64,000 nt of DNA. Origin: Deltaproteobacteria bacterium (GTDB taxonomy: Bacteria > UBA10199 > DSSB01). Every line of letters begins with the position of its first letter. Position 1 is the first letter of the stretch. The stretch spans positions 91,905 through 155,904 of the forward strand of contig JACKPJ010000004.1 in NCBI GenBank assembly GCA_024233625.1. The letters are read 5' to 3'. The notes beneath the pieces are model-generated. The model saw only the letters and a list, made by a program, of their open reading frames with translations. It had not been told where the DNA came from and made no database searches. Made by a program: the position numbers and the translations under genes. Positions 1 through 7,879 of this stretch are shown here, one piece after another.

Positions 1-366
1 AAAATGGGACAGGATGGTCACGACCGTGGTGCAAAAGTCATTGCAACTAGTTTAGCCGACTTGGGTTTTGATGTCGATATTGGTCCACTTTTTCAAACTC
101 CAGCCGAGGTTGCCAAGCAGGCTGCTGAGAGTGATGTGCACGTCTTGGGAGTTTCCAGTTTGGCCGCGGGACATAAAACCTTGGTGCCTCAGGTAGTAGC
201 AGAGCTCAAAAAAATTGGCCGAGGGGATATCTTGGTCGTGGTGGGAGGAGTCATTCCTCGCCAGGATTACGATGCACTCTATCAAGCTGGCGCCGTTGCG
301 ATCTTTGGCCCCGGGACGGTCATTGCCAAAGCTGCACAGGATATTTTGCAGAAGTTGATGAAGTAA
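1..366 (+). CDS. Acyl-CoA mutase small (cobalamin-binding) subunit, N-terminus cut by window edge
   Basis: Frame is open from nt 1. It has the DxHxxG cobalamin-ligand motif (GQDGHDRG), then GVSSLAAGH and VVVGGVIP strands typical of mutase B12 domains. MeaB is encoded downstream. Confidence 0.85.
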   Translation, partial: KMGQDGHDRGAKVIATSLADLGFDVDIGPLFQTPAEVAKQAAESDVHVLGVSSLAAGHKTLVPQVVAELKKIGRGDILVVVGGVIPRQDYDALYQAGAVAIFGPGTVIAKAAQDILQKLMK

Positions 367-432
367 AAATACTATGAATCAAAAAACTTTCAATAAGTTG
401 AAATACGTAGGGGCGCTAAGCTGCGTGCTGAA

Positions 433-480
433 TTTGCAGCCTGTGCCCAAAATTTAAAAAATGAAAAATGACTACTTGAC
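433..480. repeat. Direct repeat copy 1 (promoter-bearing unit)
   Basis: 'tttgcagcct' plus 'caaaatttaaaaaatgaaaaatga' recur exactly 850 bp downstream at 1283-1330. The 24-mer is identical in both copies. Confidence 0.8.
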
Positions 481-504
481 TTTAATACGGCACAGCCGTA
501 TATT
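476..504 (+). promoter_or_regulatory. sigma70-like promoter, TTGACT-17 nt-TATATT
   Basis: -35 at 476-481 and -10 at 499-504. The ATG at 510 lies 6 nt after the -10, so the transcript may be leaderless or nearly so. Confidence 0.5.
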
Positions 505-509
505 AAGTT

Positions 510-857
510 ATGGAAATGAAACCCATAACAGTCGTTGAAGTAGCTCCATTTCCAGCTCAAGCTGATAAGGCTTGGTCTCAAACTGAGAGAGATGCATTTA
601 TAAATTATATTGCTCATCATCCTCTTGAGGGTGATGAAATTCCTGGTACTGGAGGACTCCGTAAGCTTCGTTGGGGTCGTCAGGGTGTTGGAAAGAGAGG
701 TGGCGTTCGAGTTATCTATTATTTTTATAATGAAACAGCACCCATTTTTTTACTTCATCTTTATAGCAAAAACGAGAGGGTAGATATTAAACCTGAAATC
801 AAAAAGGAACTAGTAGAATTTACAAAATTGGTTAAAGCAAAGTTAAAGGGCAAGTAG
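510..857 (+). CDS. RelE/HigB-2-like toxin (type II TA)
   Basis: Small protein with 'GTGGLRKLRWGRQGVGKRGGVRVIYYF...IFLLHLYSKNE', the pattern of RelE-superfamily HigB-2-type toxins. An HTH antitoxin gene follows 9 nt downstream. Confidence 0.7.
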   Translation: MEMKPITVVEVAPFPAQADKAWSQTERDAFINYIAHHPLEGDEIPGTGGLRKLRWGRQGVGKRGGVRVIYYFYNETAPIFLLHLYSKNERVDIKPEIKKELVEFTKLVKAKLKGK

Positions 858-866
858 GAGAAAGCC

Positions 867-1163
867 ATGTCAAAAGATGGAAAAGAACTTATTTCTGGAA
901 TGAAAAATGTTTTGGAATACTTAGATGGAAATGCAAAAGGCAATCGTAAACATGTGATCTATGTTCCTGTTGATATTGATGTCAAAGCTATTCGAAAAAA
1001 GCTCAAGCTAACGCAAAAAGCCTTTGCTGATGAATATGGTTTTACTGTAGGTGCTGTACGAGATTGGGAGCAAGGTCGTCGAACCCCTGAAAAATCAACA
1101 CGAGTTCTTTTAAAAGTCATTGATTATAATCCAAAGATTGTTGAGCTTGCTCTGACAAAATAA
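867..1163 (+). CDS. XRE-type HTH antitoxin (HigA-like)
   Basis: 'LKLTQKAFADEYGFTVGAVRDWEQGRRTPEKSTRVLL' is a Cro/C1-type HTH. The gene is small and paired with the upstream toxin. Confidence 0.75.
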   Translation: MSKDGKELISGMKNVLEYLDGNAKGNRKHVIYVPVDIDVKAIRKKLKLTQKAFADEYGFTVGAVRDWEQGRRTPEKSTRVLLKVIDYNPKIVELALTK

Positions 1164-1282
1164 ATTGGACTGTTTCAATATTACCTGACATATTTTCTAT
1201 TTCTAATTTTTCTTTGTGTGTATCATTTTCTGAATCGATAAACTTTATAAAAAAAGTTTCTCCATATTCCTTTCCATATGGC

Positions 1283-1330
1283 TTTGCAGCCTACATTCAA
1301 AATTTAAAAAATGAAAAATGAGTTATTGAA
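1283..1330. repeat. Direct repeat copy 2 (promoter-bearing unit)
   Basis: Second copy of the 433-480 unit, sitting immediately upstream of the next two-gene cassette. Confidence 0.8.
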
Positions 1331-1354
1331 ATTTTGCTTAGCGCTAAGTATAAT
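1326..1354 (+). promoter_or_regulatory. sigma70-like promoter, TTGAAA-17 nt-TATAAT
   Basis: -35 at 1326-1331 and -10 at 1349-1354. The ATG at 1361 lies 7 nt after the -10, the same near-leaderless geometry as at 476-510. Confidence 0.5.
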
Positions 1355-1360
1355 CGAAAA

Positions 1361-1615
1361 ATGGAAAACTACCGAAAACTTGCAAAACTATTAGGTCAGC
1401 GGGGCGGAAAAGTGCGCGCGAAAAAACTTTCTGCTCAGCAGCGAAAGGACATTGCTTCACTTGGAGGTCAGAAGCGTGTTCAATCCCTACAAATCAAAAA
1501 GGCCATGATTGAAAATTTCCGCTACCTTGAAGCCATTCGTTTGCTTTCCAAACCCGTCAAGGTAAGGCAGGTGAGTTCTTGTAAACAGCGACTTCCAGGT
1601 ATTTATCTCAAGTAA
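1361..1615 (+). CDS. Small basic protein, possible antitoxin or DNA-binding partner of the downstream nucleotidyltransferase
   Basis: I prefer the ATG at 1361 over the TTG at 1334 because that TTG lies within the predicted promoter, between the -35 and -10 boxes. Repeated 'GG(K/Q)xR..KKLS..QR..IA' basic motifs. Its stop overlaps the next start (TAATG at 1613-1617). Confidence 0.4.
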   Translation: MENYRKLAKLLGQRGGKVRAKKLSAQQRKDIASLGGQKRVQSLQIKKAMIENFRYLEAIRLLSKPVKVRQVSSCKQRLPGIYLK

Positions 1616-2151
1616 TGACTATGTCAGACACTAGCCAATATATTTCAGAAGTCGGAGAAATTTTAGCCGGCTTAAAAAAAATAGGAATTCAACCGATTTT
1701 AGTTGGAGGAATGGCTTTAGTGACTTTGGGTTCTCGACGCGTCACTCGCGATTTTGACTTTGTTATTTCAAATCCCGAGGAGAATTGTGAGAAAATGCTA
1801 GAGCTCTTTTACAAGAAGGGCTTGCAATTAGCTTCTCGTTTAAATGAAAACAAAGAAATTACTGTGACCATTGACAATCCCAAAATAGCTTCAATTCGAT
1901 TGCGTCTCGATGCTCCCCAAAGTGCCTATTTCCTCAATCCCAAAACAGGGCTTCGCATTGATTTACTCTTTGATTTTCCCTTGGCAGCCAGCGAACTTAT
2001 CTCACGGGCTAAGAAAACAAAAATTCAATCTTGTATTTTTTATATAGCTTCTGCTCAAGATCTGCTACGTTTAAAGAAAATAGCTAAGAAGCATCGAAAG
2101 CTGTCGACAGATTCTGAAGATATTGCTTTTTTAGAGAAGCTTCAAAATTAA
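1615..2151 (+). CDS. Nucleotidyltransferase-fold protein (AbiEii/MNT-like, tentative)
   Basis: 'LVGGMALVTLGSRRVTRDFDFVIS' fits the minimal NTase G-[GS]-x(n)-D-x-D signature. It is translationally coupled to the upstream small gene. Confidence 0.45.
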   Translation: MTMSDTSQYISEVGEILAGLKKIGIQPILVGGMALVTLGSRRVTRDFDFVISNPEENCEKMLELFYKKGLQLASRLNENKEITVTIDNPKIASIRLRLDAPQSAYFLNPKTGLRIDLLFDFPLAASELISRAKKTKIQSCIFYIASAQDLLRLKKIAKKHRKLSTDSEDIAFLEKLQN

Positions 2152-2175
2152 TGATTTAAGGCAAAATGTTCACTT

Positions 2176-3168
2176 ATGAAAAATCAAGATTTCCATCCAC
2201 TAGTCACTCCTTTACTCAAAGGCGATCGCTTTGCTTTAAGTCGAGCGATTACTTTAGTCGAGAGCACGCGAGCGGATCACCGTGAGGAGAGCCTGCAAAT
2301 TTTAGAGCAGTGTTTACCGCACAGCGGAAACTCACAGCGGATTGGAATTACCGGTGTGCCAGGAGTGGGTAAGAGCAGCTTTATTGAGGCTTTTGGCCTT
2401 TATTTAGTGGAGCAGGGACATCGTTTGGCAGTGCTGGCGATTGATCCGAGCAGTTCGCGATCTAAGGGTAGTATTTTAGGAGATAAAACCCGCATGACCG
2501 AATTAGCTCATCACCCGAGTGCTTATATTCGTCCTTCCCCTTCGGCGGGATCTTTAGGGGGAGTCGCCAGCAAGACCCGCGAAAGTATTTTACTCTGTGA
2601 AGCGGCGGGTTTTGATATTATCTTTGTAGAAACCGTCGGAGTGGGGCAGTCGGAGACTTTAGTGCATTCGATGGTCGACTTTTTTCTTCTCTTGATGCTT
2701 GCTGGTGCAGGTGATGAATTACAGGGGATGAAGCGCGGCATTATGGAAATGGCCGATGCGGTATTGATTACCAAGGCCGATGGAAAAAACAAAACAGCCG
2801 CCAAGCAAGCGCAGGCGCAGTTTAAAAGTGCACTGCATCTTTTTGCTGCCAGTGAGAGTGGCTGGCAAACGCCCGTGTTAACCTGCTCAGCTTTAGAAAA
2901 AACTGGCCTCCATGAAGCCTGGACCATGACTCAAGATTTTTTTCAAAAAACTCAAGCGGGTGGTTTTTTTGAAAAACGTCGCCAAGAGCAAGCTGAACAA
3001 TGGTTTGAAGAATCTGTGCTCACCTTGCTGCAAGAAGATTTTTTGGCTGAGCCGAAGATTCAAAAAGAAATTAAAAAACTTAAGCCCCAAGTTCTTCAAG
3101 GAAAACTCACGCCTTTTCATGCTGCACATCAGCTTTCTCAACTTTATTTTAAGTTGAAACGAAAGTAA
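2176..3168 (+). CDS. meaB: MeaB/ArgK-type G3E GTPase (mutase chaperone)
   Basis: Walker A 'GVPGVGKSS', 'ETVGVGQSE' and 'TKADG', with the length and order typical of MeaB. It sits next to a mutase B12 subunit. Confidence 0.9.
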   Translation: MKNQDFHPLVTPLLKGDRFALSRAITLVESTRADHREESLQILEQCLPHSGNSQRIGITGVPGVGKSSFIEAFGLYLVEQGHRLAVLAIDPSSSRSKGSILGDKTRMTELAHHPSAYIRPSPSAGSLGGVASKTRESILLCEAAGFDIIFVETVGVGQSETLVHSMVDFFLLLMLAGAGDELQGMKRGIMEMADAVLITKADGKNKTAAKQAQAQFKSALHLFAASESGWQTPVLTCSALEKTGLHEAWTMTQDFFQKTQAGGFFEKRRQEQAEQWFEESVLTLLQEDFLAEPKIQKEIKKLKPQVLQGKLTPFHAAHQLSQLYFKLKRK

Positions 3169-3250
3169 AACTTGACTTTGATCATAAATATATGTACATA
3201 TTTTGCAGGTGGTTTTGTAATTTATTTAGAAAACCTTTTTACGAAAAAAT

Positions 3251-3436
3251 ATGAAGAAAAAAGATCTCGAGAAACAACTAAAAGAGTACGGTTGGTGGTT
3301 TAAAAGAAGCGGAGGTAAACATGATATTTGGACTAATGGAGAGAGGGAAGAGCCTATACCGCGTCATCGAGAAATTAACGAAATATTAGCAAAAAAAATA
3401 TTAAAGAATGCTCGCTTAGCCTCTGATAAAAATTAA
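3251..3436 (+). CDS. hicA: HicA-family mRNA interferase toxin
   Basis: 61 aa with 'GGKHDIW...IPRHREINEILAKKILK', the typical HicA signature. A HicB-like gene follows. Confidence 0.8.
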   Translation: MKKKDLEKQLKEYGWWFKRSGGKHDIWTNGEREEPIPRHREINEILAKKILKNARLASDKN

Positions 3437-3470
3437 TTAAGGCAAAGAGCTTTCAAAGAGAGTCATAAAT

Positions 3471-3911
3471 ATGCTATTAGTCGGAAAAATTTGGAAAGAA
3501 AAAAAACATTATCTTATTGAAATCGAAGAACTGGATTTATTAACTCAAGGTCGCACAAAAAAAGAGGCCTATGAAATGATTAAAGATGCGGTTGAGTCTT
3601 TAGTGAATAAAAAGGATTTTTCGGTGGAGCTTTATCGAGATAAAAAGGATGTTTTTTACATCGAAGCAAATAATCCAGGTTTGCTCATGGCTTTAATATT
3701 AAAACGTCAAAGAGAAAAATACTGTTTAAGCATTCGTGATCTACAAAAGCGTTTAAAATTCAAATCACCTAATGCCTATGCACAATATGAGTCGGGAAAG
3801 CATCTTCCGACATTGGGGAAATTTCAGCAGTTTTTAGAAGCAATGGATCCTAATTTAATTCCTGTGATTAGTCTTAAACATACAGAGATATCTGCTTCAA
3901 ACATACGCTAG
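3471..3911 (+). CDS. hicB: HicB-like antitoxin with C-terminal HTH
   Basis: N-terminal HicB-like fold region ('LIEIEELDLLTQGRTKKEAYEMIKDAVE') plus a C-terminal XRE-type HTH ('LSIRDLQKRLKFKSPNAYAQYESGKHLP'). Confidence 0.7.
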   Translation: MLLVGKIWKEKKHYLIEIEELDLLTQGRTKKEAYEMIKDAVESLVNKKDFSVELYRDKKDVFYIEANNPGLLMALILKRQREKYCLSIRDLQKRLKFKSPNAYAQYESGKHLPTLGKFQQFLEAMDPNLIPVISLKHTEISASNIR

Positions 3912-3994
3912 ACGGTACTTGGTGCTTTGTAAGATTTTTTCCCATTTGCTTTTCACCCTCCTATCCAGTTAAAATATTAAGAGGAGGGAAATCC

Positions 3995-4963
3995 ATGGCA
4001 GAAAGATATACTCTAGTTCAAGCCGTCAATCAGGCCTTGCACGATGCAATGTCCAAGGACTCCAGCACGGTGGTTTTGGGGCAAGACGTCGGAAAGTGCG
4101 GAGGGGTTTTTCGAGCTACAGAAGGCCTACAAGAAAAATTTGGTGAGCAGCGGGTCATGGATACGCCTTTGGCGGAGGCCGCCATTGTTGGCTGTTCGGT
4201 TGGAATGGCTATCAAAGGTCTCAAGCCGATTGCTGAGATGCAATTTTCGGGATTTTCGTATCAAGCTTTTTATCAAATCGAACAGCATGTGGCGCGTTAT
4301 CATAATCGCACGCGGGGTTTGTATCCGATGTCGATGGTGATTCGCATGCCCTATGGTGGAGGCGTACGTGCCTTTGAACATCACTCCGAAAGCCGTGAAA
4401 CCTATTTTGTGCATACCCCTGGACTCAAGGTAGTGATTCCCTCAACGCCTTCGGATGCTTATGATTTGTTGATAGCCTCCATTGCAGATCCTAACCCGGT
4501 TATTTTTATGGAACCGAAGCGGATATATCGCAGCATGAAGTCCGAGCTGGATTTTTCTGAAGCAAAATTGGGTGAAGCGAAAATTCTTCAAGCAGGAAGG
4601 CAAGTCACTTTGATTGCCTATGGTGCGATGATTCCACTTTGTCAGCAGGCTATCGAAAGGCTGCCTCAGTATTCGATTGAACTCATCGATTTAAGAACTT
4701 TGTCTCCCTGGGATGAAAAAACGGTTGTGACTTCGGTGCAAAAAACCGGACGTGCGGTCATTGTGCATGAAGCCCCCAAAACTTTGGGGATGGCCTCCGA
4801 AATTATTGCCAGCCTCAATGAAAAGGCCTTTCTTTATTTGCAAGCCCCTCTTAAGCGGGTAACGGGCTACGATGCTATCATGCCTTATTATCAAAGAGAA
4901 AACGAGTATTTGCCCAATGTTGATAAAATTGTTTCTGCGATCGAGGAGACGGTCGAATTTTAG
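3995..4963 (+). CDS. 2-oxoacid (pyruvate/branched-chain) dehydrogenase E1 beta subunit
   Basis: Full-length match to the transketolase-like E1 beta pattern ('VLGQDVGKCGGVFRAT.GL...FGEQRVMDTPLAEAAIVG', 'MEPKRIYRS'). No E1 alpha or E2 gene is adjacent. Confidence 0.85.
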   Translation: MAERYTLVQAVNQALHDAMSKDSSTVVLGQDVGKCGGVFRATEGLQEKFGEQRVMDTPLAEAAIVGCSVGMAIKGLKPIAEMQFSGFSYQAFYQIEQHVARYHNRTRGLYPMSMVIRMPYGGGVRAFEHHSESRETYFVHTPGLKVVIPSTPSDAYDLLIASIADPNPVIFMEPKRIYRSMKSELDFSEAKLGEAKILQAGRQVTLIAYGAMIPLCQQAIERLPQYSIELIDLRTLSPWDEKTVVTSVQKTGRAVIVHEAPKTLGMASEIIASLNEKAFLYLQAPLKRVTGYDAIMPYYQRENEYLPNVDKIVSAIEETVEF

Positions 4964-4998
4964 TAGAAAAATAAATTTTTTTTATCTAAAAACTACCA

Positions 4999-5790
4999 AT
5001 GTCAAAAAGTGCAAAGCCTTGGGTTCAATTTAGTCACTCGCCTCTAGAAAAAATCAAACTTTTTTGTTTTCCTTTTGCGGGAGGAGACATCTACACTTAT
5101 CGTAAATGGTCAGAAAAACTCGATGACAAGATTGGTGTTTATGCCATTCAATTGCCGGGGCGAGGGGCGCGTTTTAATGAAGCTCTTTTTCGGCGTTTGG
5201 ACTCTCTTATCGAAGAACTGGCTAGTCAGCTGGTTTTAGATCTTCAAGCTCCCTTTGTTTTTTTTGGACATAGTTTAGGAGGGCTGATTGCCTTTGAGTT
5301 AACGCGTTTTCTCAAGAAAGAATTTTCTCTTGTGCCCCAGCGGCTTTGTATTTCTTCTTCACTTCCTCCTCAGCTTTATAGCTCTTGGCATCACACTTAT
5401 CACTTGTTGAGCGATCGGGACTTACTAGAAAAAATTCAGAGCTTTGGTGGAGTCCCCCAAGAGGTCTTGGCTCATCACGATCTTTTAGAAATGCTGCTTC
5501 CCATTGTACGTGCCGACATGGAAATTTTAGAGACTTATGTATTTGAAGATTTTCAAAATAAGTATGCGGGGGCTGATTCCAAACTGCACTGTCCTTTGCA
5601 TGTGATGGGAGCTGTGCAAGATACGCTCATTCTTTATCAAGATTTAAATGAGTGGCAGACTCACTGTGAAAATGAATTTTCACTGCATACTTTTACTGGA
5701 GATCATTTTTATCTCAATTCGCAGATGGAAGCTCTTTGTCAACTACTCAATAAGCTTATTTTGAGTTTTCGTACTTTCAATGAAAAATAG
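4999..5790 (+). CDS. Type II thioesterase (alpha/beta hydrolase)
   Basis: 'LFCFPFAGGDIYTYRKW' and the nucleophile elbow 'GHSLGG', typical of GrsT/TEII-type thioesterases. Confidence 0.8.
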   Translation: MSKSAKPWVQFSHSPLEKIKLFCFPFAGGDIYTYRKWSEKLDDKIGVYAIQLPGRGARFNEALFRRLDSLIEELASQLVLDLQAPFVFFGHSLGGLIAFELTRFLKKEFSLVPQRLCISSSLPPQLYSSWHHTYHLLSDRDLLEKIQSFGGVPQEVLAHHDLLEMLLPIVRADMEILETYVFEDFQNKYAGADSKLHCPLHVMGAVQDTLILYQDLNEWQTHCENEFSLHTFTGDHFYLNSQMEALCQLLNKLILSFRTFNEK

Positions 5791-6415
5791 TCTTTTTTTT
5801 ACTGACCGTTGCAATCCAAAATTGCTCCTCAAAAGGTTTGTCGGTTGGTCGATAATAATGGTCAATCACTTCAAAGCCGCAATCCTTAAGATTTTTTGCA
5901 AAAGGTTCATACTCCATATAAGTTCCAGGATGCTTACCATACCATACGACATGAGGCTTTCTAGGATTTGATGTAAAGAGTGCACCGCCGTCTTTTAAAG
6001 TTGAAAACAATTCTCGTAAAATCCTTGGTAGTTCTTGCTGGGGAATATGAAACAAAGAAGCGTTAGCAAATACGCCGTCGAATTGTTTGTTCGGCAGTTC
6101 CATCGCAAGAAAGTTTTGCTGCCATACTTCGCATTCGGCATACTTTCTTGCCATATGACAAAATGTTTCCGAGCCCTCGAGCCCCACGGGTTCGTGACCC
6201 AGATCTTTAAAATAGCGTAGATCTCTTCCTGGGCCACAGCCCAGATCTAAAATTTTTAGAGGTTTTGTTTTCGGCATGACATTGAGAAATGCCTGGTAGT
6301 TTTGTTCGATGTTATGGTTTTTAGAAGCTTCCCAAAAATCCTCTGCTGTGACATCATAGTGTGAAAGTGTCGATTCGACAATTAAATCCAATTGCTCATC
6401 GCTTAATTTATCCAT
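5777..6415 (-). CDS. Class I SAM-dependent methyltransferase
   Basis: Motif I 'ILDLGCGPGRD' and post-I 'GLEGS'. Converges on the thioesterase gene with a 14-nt 3' overlap. Confidence 0.8.
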   Translation of the reverse strand: MDKLSDEQLDLIVESTLSHYDVTAEDFWEASKNHNIEQNYQAFLNVMPKTKPLKILDLGCGPGRDLRYFKDLGHEPVGLEGSETFCHMARKYAECEVWQQNFLAMELPNKQFDGVFANASLFHIPQQELPRILRELFSTLKDGGALFTSNPRKPHVVWYGKHPGTYMEYEPFAKNLKDCGFEVIDHYYRPTDKPFEEQFWIATVSKKKTIFH

Positions 6416-6690
6416 GATTTTCCTTACCCTTTCCCGATTGGTTTTAGAAAAATGACATTTTAAGTGCGTTTAAAAAAACTGATAAAAATATTTTCTATAA
6501 TTTGATTTTAGCTATTTGCTGCAGAGATTCAATATGCGGAGGGGTGATTAGAAAATTTTAATGATTCCTCTTTGTTATTAAAGAAGAAAATTTTTGATTT
6601 TTTCTAAATTATTTTCATGACTTGCTAGGTTTTTACTTTTAACCCGATTTTTTCACCTCATTTAGTAAAAAACTGACGTTAACAGAATCC

Positions 6691-7680
6691 TCAAGCAGAA
6701 AGCTTGCCGATGGCTCGATAATACTCAAGGGTGTTTTGGAGGCCCTCCTTCAGGCTTGTGGAGGGTTCCCACTTAAAATGGTTTGCCAGTTTTTGATGTC
6801 CACAGATCCAACGCGCTTGTTTCATTTCCTTGAGTTTGTTGAGAGTAAAAACATGGGGCCGGCGTCTCAGCTGTGCCCAAGTTTGATTGAGTCCGGCAGC
6901 CAGAGTGAAGGCAAAACTTGGAAGCGCAATCAACCGGGGTTCTTTGCCGATGACCTTCCCAATCTCAAGGGCGACACTTCTCCACGAATGCTCTGCGCCA
7001 TCGTCCAGACAAAAAATTTCTGAATCGCAGCTCGGGCTTTCGACAAGCGTAGCAATCGCTTCGGCCACATCTTTGACATAACACATCGAAAATTGCTTAT
7101 CGCCTTTTCCCCAAATGGGAGTCAGTCCTTTTTGGACCGATTGAATGAGTGGAAAAAGCTCCCAGTCACGTTCTCCATAAAGGACGGGAGGGCGCAGAAT
7201 CGTCACAGTCATTTCGTCTTTGAGAGGCTCCAGTGAGCGTTCGGCCTGCATTTTGCTTTCACCATAATGACTCAGAGGTTGGCATTGTTCTGGAGGCTGA
7301 CAAAAATCTTTACTTTGACTGGGGTCATGAACGGCAATCGTCGAAATATGAATAAACTTTTGGGGTTTCTTTTTTAAAGAGAGAATTGTTTTGACCAAAT
7401 TTTGTGTGCTCAGGTGGTTGTGATACAGAAAATCTTTTTGTGAAAGTGCTTTGACGACGGCTGCAATGTGAATGATCACATCTTGACCTTCTAAACTTTT
7501 TGCAAAATTTTCACAGTGGGGCAGGGCGCCCAATACCAATGGGATCTTACGCTTTTTGAGATGCTCGGTTTGGCTCGTAGCTCGAACTAGAGCCTGAATT
7601 TCATGGCCTTTGTCATGGAGCAGCTCTGCCGTATGTGAGCCCAAAAAACCCGAAGCTCCTGTCATAAAGATTTTCATCAT
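6691..7680 (-). CDS. NAD(P)-dependent epimerase/dehydratase-family SDR (candidate ceramide reductase CerR)
   Basis: N-terminal 'MTGASGFLGSH' Rossmann motif and a 'YGESK' YxxxK catalytic motif. It is the last gene of the spt operon. Confidence 0.75.
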   Translation of the reverse strand: MMKIFMTGASGFLGSHTAELLHDKGHEIQALVRATSQTEHLKKRKIPLVLGALPHCENFAKSLEGQDVIIHIAAVVKALSQKDFLYHNHLSTQNLVKTILSLKKKPQKFIHISTIAVHDPSQSKDFCQPPEQCQPLSHYGESKMQAERSLEPLKDEMTVTILRPPVLYGERDWELFPLIQSVQKGLTPIWGKGDKQFSMCYVKDVAEAIATLVESPSCDSEIFCLDDGAEHSWRSVALEIGKVIGKEPRLIALPSFAFTLAAGLNQTWAQLRRRPHVFTLNKLKEMKQARWICGHQKLANHFKWEPSTSLKEGLQNTLEYYRAIGKLSA

Positions 7681-7708
7681 TCTTTTTAATTAATATCCCA
7701 ATAATTTT

Positions 7709-7869
7709 TCATATCAGATCTCTTCAAAGGGGTTTTTGGAACGGCTTTGATGAAATTCTTATCAATGACAGCCGAAGTATTCAGAGAATTTCATCAGCCT
7801 GGCTCTGTGGCGGTACTTGAGCCACGAGCCAGAAAGTGAAAAAAACTTCTTTGAAGAGATCTGATATGA
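7709..7869. repeat. 161-bp structured inverted-repeat element (MITE-like or intercistronic RNA structure)
   Basis: Perfect 21-bp terminal inverted repeats (7709-7729 and 7849-7869) enclose two further hairpins: 7743-7799 (15 bp with a 2-nt bulge) and 7801-7830 (10 bp with a 1-nt bulge). Confidence 0.6.
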
Positions 7870-7879
7870 CGAATAAATC

